From an uncultured Chloroflexia bacterium (GTDB taxonomy: Bacteria; Chloroflexota; Anaerolineae; CG2-30-64-16), in assembly GCA_963810095.1 (NCBI GenBank), contig CAWEMM010000002.1:224001-288000 (forward strand): DNA of 64,000 bases, read 5' to 3'. How positions within the stretch are numbered: the stretch's first letter is position 1; every line of letters starts with the position of its first letter. Below are positions 42,656 to 50,015 of this stretch, in pieces. The notes below the pieces were generated by a model. The model made no database searches, had not been told where the DNA came from, and saw nothing but the letters and a program-made list of their open reading frames with translations. A program made the translations under genes and the position numbers.

Positions 42656-43589
42656 CGGTGGCGCGGGGCTTGGCGGAGCGGCGCTTCCGGGCGATGAACA
42701 CGGACGTAGCCGCATGGCTGTGGGCCGAGCCCGGGCCGTCCGACATTTGGCTCCCGGAAGTGGAGGCGTTCTTCGCCGAGGTCGAAGCAGAGCTGAGCCG
42801 GTTTCGCCCCGATTCGGGGTTGAGTCGTCTCAACGCTTCGGCGGGGCTAGGGCCGCAGAAGGTCTCCGCGCTGCTGGCAGAGGTGCTCGGGCTTGCGCTG
42901 GACGCGCAACAGCACACCAATGGGATTTTCGATCCCGCAATCCTGGCCGCACTTGTCGCGGCAGGTTACGATCGGAGCTTTGAGTTGCTGGGTGTGAGCG
43001 ATGCGCACGACCTTTCCGCCGCCGGGCGTCTTGGCGGGGCCCCTCTATCGAGGTCGGGCATCGAGTTGAATCGCGTGCAGGGCACGGTGACACTGCCTCA
43101 GGGTGTGCAGATCGATCTGGGCGGCATCGCCAAGGGTTGGACCGTGGATCGTGCCGCGACGTTGCTGGGCGCGTGGGGGCCCGCCCTGGTCGATGCCGGC
43201 GGCGATATCCGCAGCACCGCGGCGCCGGGAGGCGAGCCGTGGCCGGTCGCAGTAGAGAACCCCTTGCGACCTGACGAGGACCTGGCAGTCGTGCATCTCG
43301 ACGGCAACGCGGTCGCCACCAGCAGCGTGATGCGGCGCAACTGGACCGCGGGGGGCAGGAAATGCACCACCTGATTGATCCGCGGACGGGCCGGCCCAGC
43401 GAGAGTGAACTGGCGAGCGTGACGGTGCTGGCGCCGACGACGATGAAGGCTGAACTGACGGCAAAGGTGGCGCTGATAGTGGGGCGTGACGAGGGACGGG
43501 CGTTTATCGAGCGTGAAGGATTGGACGCGCTGTTTGTGAGCAGGGACGGGCGCGTCGACAAGGTGGGGAGGAAACAGACATGGCAGTAG
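42652..43589 (+). CDS. apbE: FAD:protein FMN transferase ApbE (one base missing near 43361)
   Basis: 'FRAMNT', 'LSRFRPDS.LSRLN', 'IDLGGIAKGWTVD', 'DAGGDI', 'VATSS', then 'HHLIDPRTG' in the next frame. Confidence 0.92.
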
Positions 43590-44275
43590 CGGAGAAGGGT
43601 TCGGGTGGCATTCCGGCGGTGGACCCGTGGAGCATCGTCCTCGGCGGGCTGGTGACGTTCGGCCTGGCCGCGGCCGGGTTCATTCTGGGGGTCGGGTCGG
43701 CGGGGCGGGCAGGCGAGACCCAGTCATTCTGGTATCTGAGCCGCTCGGCCGGCTTCGTCGCCTACCTGCTCCTTTGGGGCTCGGTGGTGTGGGGCTTGCT
43801 GCTCAGCGCCAAGCCGGGCGGCCGGCTGCGCACCCGGCTGCAGGCGCCGGGGCTCTTCGACGCCCACCAGTTCCTGAGCAATGCTGCGCTGGGCTTCGCG
43901 TTCTTCCATGCGTTGGTCCTCATCGGAGATCGCTACGCCAGCTTCCCGCTCTCTGCCATTCTGGCGCCCTTCGCCGGGACCTATAAACCGGCCCTCGTCG
44001 CGCTGGGCCAGATCGCACTTTGGCTGTCGCTCTTCCTCAGCCTGAGCTGGGTCGTGCGCAGGCAGATTGGGCAGAAGCGCTGGCGAGCCTTCCACTATGT
44101 CAGCTTCCTGGTCTACTGGATCGCGCTCCTGCACTCGGTTGCGATGGGCAGCGACACGAAGCTGTTGTGGGCGAAGTGGCTGTACATCGGGACGGCGGCG
44201 GCAGTGGTGTTCCTAACGGGGTACCGGGTGATTCGCACCGGCAAGGACGCTCGAGCGATCCAAACGACCTCATAG
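43580..44275 (+). CDS. ferric-reductase-like (MsrQ-type) haem b membrane protein
   Basis: 'WYLSRSAG', conserved His in 'FDAHQ', 'FFHAL', 'WRAFHY', 'LLHS', then 'GSD'. Confidence 0.85.
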   Translation: MAVAEKGSGGIPAVDPWSIVLGGLVTFGLAAAGFILGVGSAGRAGETQSFWYLSRSAGFVAYLLLWGSVVWGLLLSAKPGGRLRTRLQAPGLFDAHQFLSNAALGFAFFHALVLIGDRYASFPLSAILAPFAGTYKPALVALGQIALWLSLFLSLSWVVRRQIGQKRWRAFHYVSFLVYWIALLHSVAMGSDTKLLWAKWLYIGTAAAVVFLTGYRVIRTGKDARAIQTTS

Positions 44276-44358
44276 ACCGGTCGAACTGGGATCTGCCGGC
44301 AACAGACCTCCCAGATCTCACCGTCGGCCACGCTGACGTCGAGTTGGGAGGTCTTTTT

Positions 44359-45948
44359 CTATCTGAGCAGGAGCGGCAGGTAGCGCCCGCAGTTTCCGGC
44401 CGGTGCTCCCGAGGACTTCAAACGCGCCGATGTCGCAGGCCGGCCCCTGCGGCCGCGCCGTGCCGCTTGGTCGGCTGGCGGGCAGCCTGCAGATCCGGCC
44501 GCGTCCATGGCAGGGCTGGTTGCGGCCCAGCGGCATGGGTCAAAGTCGGCCCGCCGTTGGCCGCCAGCCTCTCCAGCCCGCTGCTTGTATTGACGAGGTC
44601 GCCCGGCCCCGTGAGCCCGCAGCTGTTGCCCGTCTCCAGATTGTGGCCCAGCGAGGTAACCGTCCCTCCGCTGTTCGTGCAGTTGCCTGCAACGCCGTCG
44701 ATCAGCGTGGCCTTCAGCGAGAGCAAAGCCGTGTCGTTGAATAGCTGCGCACCGGTGCCCGGCCCGCTTGCGCTGTTGTCGGCAAAAGTGACGTATTCGA
44801 GCACCGCCGACGCACGGTTGTACAACCCTCCGCCGTCGTCGCTTGCGCGGTTGCCCGAGAACGTGTCATTGGCCAGGCGGAGGTTGCCGCTCGCGTGGTC
44901 GAGCCCGCCGCCGGTGCGCGCCGAGTTGCCCGCAAGCAGGCTGGCCGCGAGCCCCAAGGCCCCGTTGTTGTAGATAGCACCGCCCGCGCCGGTTGCGACG
45001 TTGCCCGCGAACGTCGTCGTGATCACCGATGCGAGCGCGCCGGTGCCCATGTTCGACAGCCCCGCACCCTGTTCCGCATGGTTGCCGGCCAGGGTCGAGA
45101 GGCTAAGGTCGAGCGACGTGAGGACCGCGCCCGCATTCAGGATGCCGCTTCCGCCATTATCCCGGATTTGCAGGCGCGTGAGGGTCGCCCTGGAGCCTTC
45201 GTTCGCCACACCGCCGGCCGCATTGTTGCGCACCGCACCCCCATCGTAGCTCAGGGTCGCCAGGTTGCGGCTGAGGATGCCAAAGCCGCCGGTATTGTCC
45301 GCAACCTTCACGTCCACCAGCGTTGCGGCGCCGCCATCGATCAGCAGGCCGCCCCCCGCGTTCCCGTCAAATGAGCTTCCCGTCGCGTGCAGTTGGCCCA
45401 AGACGACGGCGCCGCCTCCGATGTTTGCGGTGACCGCGACATTGGTGAGTGTCAGAGCAGCCGTCGGTCGCACCAGTACGCCGCCGCCCGCGTCTGGGCT
45501 CGCCGCACCCCCGCGCACGCCTGCGCCCGCGAGGGTCAGCCGAGCGCCGGGCCGCGCGTCAAACGCCCGGTCGCCGTACGCGCCGTCCACGACAATCAGG
45601 GCGGGGCCATCCCCGCTGATGGTCAATCCCCCCAGCACATCCAGGTCACCGGTCTGCGACGCGTCCTCGCCGGGCCCGGTGCGGTCGAGCACGAAGGTTG
45701 CCGGCCGAGGGATGGCCGGGCTGAATCCGATCACGTCGGCCCCGCTGCCCGCCGGGCAATCAAAGGTCGCCTGGTCGGTGTTCGCCGCAATGACGGCCTC
45801 GCGCAACGAGCACGCGCCGTCCGCGGCGATCGAATCGGTAGTCGTCGTCACGGTAATCCCCGCCGCAGCCGCACCGCTGGCCGCGCTCGAGGGCGAAAAC
45901 CAGGGCCAGCAAGATCGGAAATACGCCGAGTGAGGGGTTTCGGGTCAT
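44359..45948 (-). CDS. secreted CSLREA-domain / beta-helix (choice-of-anchor Q-like) protein, indels near both ends
   Basis: 'TTTTDS...CSLREAV', 'GDLDV', GG-rich beta-helix repeats, 'SLGHNL', 'NGGPTLTHA', 'ACDIGAFE'; last frame ends 'RYLPLLLR*'. Confidence 0.8.
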
Positions 45949-45979
45949 CTGCCTTCTCTCTGACAGCCCGCCGGAGAGT

Positions 45980-46012
45980 AGAGCCGAGGCACCCACAGGG
46001 CGCCTCGGCTCT
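45980..46012. terminator. stem-loop between the subtilase and CSLREA genes
   Basis: AGAGCCGAGGC ... GCCTCGGCTCT inverted repeat. Confidence 0.6.
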
Positions 46013-46043
46013 GACGCGATTTGCCGTCGTTGCTCACGGCGAG

Positions 46044-47987
46044 TTAGGGTTTCGCGACGGTGATCGTCGTACCGTTGCTGTCGCCGTCGGGATCATGGTT
46101 CGCGCCGGCCTGGTAGGCCGAGCCGCTCAGGTTGATGCCCGACACGCTGAACGCGACGGTGGTCGTTCGCTTCGCAAGCGTTCCGGTCGAGACCGCGCAG
46201 CGTCCGGTTAAATCGGTCGTGCAGGTGGTCGTCCCGCTCGCGCCCGACCAACTGCCGCTCACCCTGGCCCCGGAAACCGGCACGTGGCTTCCGCCGTGCA
46301 CCTCGATGCTCACTTTCGCCGTCCAACTGCTGCTGCCGGTCGTCGTGCTGCGATCGAGGTCGCCCGCGTGAACCGAGGGCGAGCCGGCCGGGGTGGTTGT
46401 CGGCGTCGCAGTACTTGCCGCTGTCGGCGTAGCCGTGCGGGTGGCCGTGGGCGTCGCTGTCGGCATGGCGGTTGCCGTGGCCGTAGGCGTCGTCAATGCT
46501 GCGGTAGCCGTGGCGGTAGGCACCGGCGTGTCGGTAGGCGCGGCGGTTGCAGTCGCGGTCGGAGCAGGCGTATCGGTCGGGAGGGTCGCGGGCGTCGGGC
46601 CGGGCGTGGGCGTGGCGCCCGCCTGCAGCCACCGGTACGCCGCCAGGGCGTCGATGCGCCCCGCGCCAAAGGTGTTGTCGGGCCCTGCCGCGCCGAGATC
46701 GACTGCGGACTGGATCAGCGCGGCGGCCTGCTGGTCGGCGGTGAGGTCGGGGTAGGCGCTGAGCAGCAGCGCCAGCACGCCGGCCGCATGGGGGGCCGAC
46801 AGCGACGTGCCACTGGCCGGCGTGTAATTTCCCAGCAGGTCCGCGGTGCGCACGTTCACGCCGGGCGCGACGACTTCGGGGTAGGTCACCGACGCTTCGC
46901 CGCACGCGGACGGTCCCCGGCTGCTCGCGGCGTAGATCAAGTCGCTGTTGTTGGCGGCGCCAACCGCAAACGCCTCCGGGTAGTTGGCCGGGCTCACGCT
47001 GGTGGAGCCGTAAGGCCCGTAGTTCCCCGCTGCAAACACGGGCAGGATGCCCGCCGCTCGCAGCGCTCGCAAATCGGGTTGGAAGGCCAGGTTGCAGCCG
47101 ACGCTCCCGTAAGCCCACGAGTTGTTCACGATGTCCGCGCCATCCGCAGTCGTGGGGTCGTCGTCCGGGTCGAGCACCCACTGGAGCGCCAGGTGGATGG
47201 CGGTGGCGGTGGCCGAACCGGCGTCGTTGAAGATTTTGGCGGCAATCCACTGCGCGTCGGGCGCGACGCCGATTGACGTGCCGCCCGCGTCACCCCCGAC
47301 TAGGATGCCCATCGTCCACGTGCCATGCCCGGTCTTGTCGTACGGCGTCGTGGCGTGCTGGCCGTACGGGTCGTACCAACTACTACTGCCGCCGCGCCAG
47401 CGACCGCTGAGGTCGGGGTGGGTTGCGTCCACACCGCTGTCCAGCGCCGCGACGACGATCCCCTGCCCGCGCACGTTCGCGTCCCACAGGCTCGGCGCGT
47501 GGATGAGGTTCACGTTGGCTTCGGGTGGCGCGTAAGCCGGCGCGGCCGCCGGCACGACGTCGATCGCGTCGGGGGTGATGGATACGACTTCGGGCCGCTC
47601 GGCCAACTGCCGGATGATGCCCGGTCTAGCCGTCACCGAGAGCCCGTTCTGCAGCCAGAATGGCACGACCGTCGACACTGAACCGTCGGCTTGGCGCTGG
47701 GTGAGCCACGCGCGCAGCGGCGCCTGGCTTCGCTCGGCGGCCTGGCGCAGTCGTTCGACGACTACCAACTGCCGGTCTTTGCGGCTTAAGCCGGGCGCCG
47801 GCGCGAGATCGGTCTGCTGCACCAGCGTCACGATCGCCGTGACCTGCGCGTCCGGCGCAGCAGCATCGAGCGCCGCCTGCAGCGCCGGGTCGATTTTAGC
47901 CCCGTCTGCCCGGCCGGCGCCTGCAGAGCCGGGCAGCAGAAGCACGAGAACGAGCAACACCGCGCTTACGCCTGCTTTTTTCATCAT
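46044..47987 (-). CDS. secreted S8 (subtilisin-like) serine peptidase with I9 propeptide, PT-rich linker and C-terminal Ig-like domain
   Basis: 'LDSGVD', 'HGTWTMG', 'FAAGN', 'GTSLSAPH'; PT/AT repeats. Confidence 0.95.
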   Translation of the reverse strand: MMKKAGVSAVLLVLVLLLPGSAGAGRADGAKIDPALQAALDAAAPDAQVTAIVTLVQQTDLAPAPGLSRKDRQLVVVERLRQAAERSQAPLRAWLTQRQADGSVSTVVPFWLQNGLSVTARPGIIRQLAERPEVVSITPDAIDVVPAAAPAYAPPEANVNLIHAPSLWDANVRGQGIVVAALDSGVDATHPDLSGRWRGGSSSWYDPYGQHATTPYDKTGHGTWTMGILVGGDAGGTSIGVAPDAQWIAAKIFNDAGSATATAIHLALQWVLDPDDDPTTADGADIVNNSWAYGSVGCNLAFQPDLRALRAAGILPVFAAGNYGPYGSTSVSPANYPEAFAVGAANNSDLIYAASSRGPSACGEASVTYPEVVAPGVNVRTADLLGNYTPASGTSLSAPHAAGVLALLLSAYPDLTADQQAAALIQSAVDLGAAGPDNTFGAGRIDALAAYRWLQAGATPTPGPTPATLPTDTPAPTATATAAPTDTPVPTATATAALTTPTATATAMPTATPTATRTATPTAASTATPTTTPAGSPSVHAGDLDRSTTTGSSSWTAKVSIEVHGGSHVPVSGARVSGSWSGASGTTTCTTDLTGRCAVSTGTLAKRTTTVAFSVSGINLSGSAYQAGANHDPDGDSNGTTITVAKP

Positions 47988-48056
47988 CTGGCGATTCTCC
48001 TGTCATTACGGTTCAATCCGGCGGCGCCTCGACCAACTGCTGCCGGGGCCGGGGGT

Positions 48057-48464
48057 TTACTTGACCACGAGCGTCCCGGTCATGCCCGCTTCAAGGTGCG
48101 CCGGCGTTCCGCAGACAACCGTGTAGGTCCCCGCCTCGGCCGGTGCGGCAAACTCCTCGGTCTTCGATTGTCCCGGTGCGGCTTCGATCTCCCAGAATAC
48201 TTTGGCTTCATCGTCATCGTCGAAGGGCGCGGTGACCTGTTCGCCCTGCTTGATGATCACCCACTCGTGCTCCAACTTGCCGTCGTTCTTGAGCGTCAGG
48301 GACACCGGCTGGCCCTTGTCCACCGTCCACGACGTCGGCGCGAACTTGAAGTCTGTCGTGGTTACGCTGATGGCGCTATTCTTTGCAGCGGCTCCCGCGC
48401 CGCATCCCACAAGGCTGACTGCCGCCGCAAGGACGACCAGCGCGGATGAAAGTCTCTTCAACAT
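48057..48464 (-). CDS. blue copper (cupredoxin; auracyanin/plastocyanin-like) lipoprotein
   Basis: lipobox 'LVGC'; type-1 Cu ligands 'EHEW' and 'CGTPAHLEAGM'. Confidence 0.9.
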   Translation of the reverse strand: MLKRLSSALVVLAAAVSLVGCGAGAAAKNSAISVTTTDFKFAPTSWTVDKGQPVSLTLKNDGKLEHEWVIIKQGEQVTAPFDDDDEAKVFWEIEAAPGQSKTEEFAAPAEAGTYTVVCGTPAHLEAGMTGTLVVK

Positions 48465-48544
48465 GAGTCAACTCCTTCTGATTAGGCGAGGGCCGCGGCG
48501 ACTCGGCGGTGCGGCCTGGGGGCACGTCAGAGTCGCAGCTCGCC

Positions 48545-49387
48545 TCATTGCACCGTCGTGGGCGGCAGGCGCAGCTCGCCGAACTGCAGGGCGACAGGCA
48601 TACCCGCGCGCACCACCTGGTCGGGGTTCGGATAGAACGCGTAGTAGGTGGCGCCGTTCTTCAGCTTACGCGCGTGCATGTGCTGGTTGGGTGGTGTGAG
48701 CACCGTCTTGCCGCCATCGACGATGATAACCGGCATCATCTCGTGGTTCGAGAGCAACGCCTCGGCCTTCGCTTTGTCCACCACCCGGAGTCGGATGTCG
48801 ACGATGCTGTCCATCATCGAAGGGGCCACCTGCAGCACCTCGACCCCGTACTGCTCGGCAAACGCCTGGACCGAAATGGGCTTGGCATTTTCCAGGGCCT
48901 CATGCGCCGGCTCGTGCCCTCCGCCCGCGGGCGCAAGCGCACCCCAGCCAAAGCCGGCCAGGCCAAAAGCAAGGACAAACCCGAGGGCCGCGCCCATCAC
49001 CAGCCGGGGATCCCAGCGCTTGGCCGGCCCGACCGACCGCCAGGGCTGGGCAGCCGCGAACAGAGCGACGAAGGCGCCCTCCAGCAGCATCGCCAGAAGT
49101 CCAACCGGGTACAGCCACTCTTCCACTTCCATGCCGGGGAGGCCCACCGTCCGCGTCACCACGTAGCCGGCGAGTGCGCCGGCCGCGACCCAGAAGCCCA
49201 GCACCCAGCCCCAGGTCGCGCCCCGGCGGATGCCGACCGCAGCCGCCAGGGCGGCGACGAAGTTGGCGACGAACAGGTAACCCAGGAGCGGCATTTCCTC
49301 GTACTCTGAGGGCGCCAGGAACAGGTGCAGTACCCCGATCAGTATGAGCAGGCCAATGCCCAGCCATTTCAGCTTTCGTGAGGTCAT
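48545..49387 (-). CDS. membrane protein (about 5 TM) fused to an extracellular His/Met-containing domain
   Basis: 'GVLHL' in TM1; C-terminal domain 'YGVEV..VA...IVDIRLRVVDKAKAEALL' shared with the neighbouring gene. Confidence 0.75.
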   Translation of the reverse strand: MTSRKLKWLGIGLLILIGVLHLFLAPSEYEEMPLLGYLFVANFVAALAAAVGIRRGATWGWVLGFWVAAGALAGYVVTRTVGLPGMEVEEWLYPVGLLAMLLEGAFVALFAAAQPWRSVGPAKRWDPRLVMGAALGFVLAFGLAGFGWGALAPAGGGHEPAHEALENAKPISVQAFAEQYGVEVLQVAPSMMDSIVDIRLRVVDKAKAEALLSNHEMMPVIIVDGGKTVLTPPNQHMHARKLKNGATYYAFYPNPDQVVRAGMPVALQFGELRLPPTTVQ

Positions 49388-49420
49388 GTTGTCAATCCTT
49401 GCTATCTTGTCTCAGCCGGT

Positions 49421-49876
49421 TCATTGGACCGGCAGCGGCTGCAAGCTGATGTCTCCGAAGGTCACGGCCACTTTCGTGCCGCGCTTAACGGCGTTCCCGC
49501 TGTTGGGGAACAGGCGGAAAAGGAGCTTCCCGTCCTCCGGCTTCTCCTGCGGCAAACCATCGTCCGGCGCGCGCAGCACCACTGCGGACCCGCTAACCCC
49601 CAGCGCGGGGGATAGGTTGCCCAGCAGCGCTGCGGCCTTCGCCGCGTCCGTCACTGTCAGGCGCAGGTCGACCATGCCGCCGGCCGCAGTGAGGGCCAGC
49701 AGGTTGACCCGCAGACCGTATTGCGCCTCCAACTGCTCGGCCGTGAGGGTCGTGCGAGCGGCGGGAGGTGGTGCGGCCGAAGCCGCGTTCGCCGCGCAAC
49801 CCCCCATCAGGGCTGCAACCAGCAGCAGGGATATGATGACGCCCGCCAGCCCGATCCGGCGCCTGTTTTCAACCAC
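49421..49876 (-). CDS. hypothetical lipoprotein, paralogous to the C-terminal domain of 48545-49387
   Basis: lipobox 'MGGC'; 'YGLRV..LA...MVDLRLTVTDAAKAAALL...FPNSG..VKRG..V.V.FG'. Confidence 0.75.
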   Translation of the reverse strand: MVENRRRIGLAGVIISLLLVAALMGGCAANAASAAPPPAARTTLTAEQLEAQYGLRVNLLALTAAGGMVDLRLTVTDAAKAAALLGNLSPALGVSGSAVVLRAPDDGLPQEKPEDGKLLFRLFPNSGNAVKRGTKVAVTFGDISLQPLPVQ

Positions 49877-49950
49877 GTTGCACTCCTTTGACGGGCCCCG
49901 AGGGACCCAGCCCTCTGTCGCCGTAACGCCTGTCGTTTAGGATGCGAGGA

Positions 49951-50002
49951 TGCCGCTCGGTGTACAATGACGACCCTGGGTCGCAGCCTGCACCGAGCGG
50001 CA
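49951..50002. terminator. long stem-loop after the third MCO gene
   Basis: TGCCGCTCGGTG ... CACCGAGCGGCA with internal CGACCC/GGGTCG. Confidence 0.6.
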
Positions 50003-50015
50003 CGCGCTATCTCCC

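Noticed and set aside
46380-46620. Pro/Thr/Ala repeats in the subtilase (and AP-rich linkers in lipoproteins) as a repeat element
   Set aside because: Ordinary low-complexity protein linkers.
49880-50010. c-di-GMP riboswitch between MCO paralogue C and the lipoprotein
   Set aside because: The structure is one long hairpin without the GEMM consensus; treated as a terminator or stabiliser.
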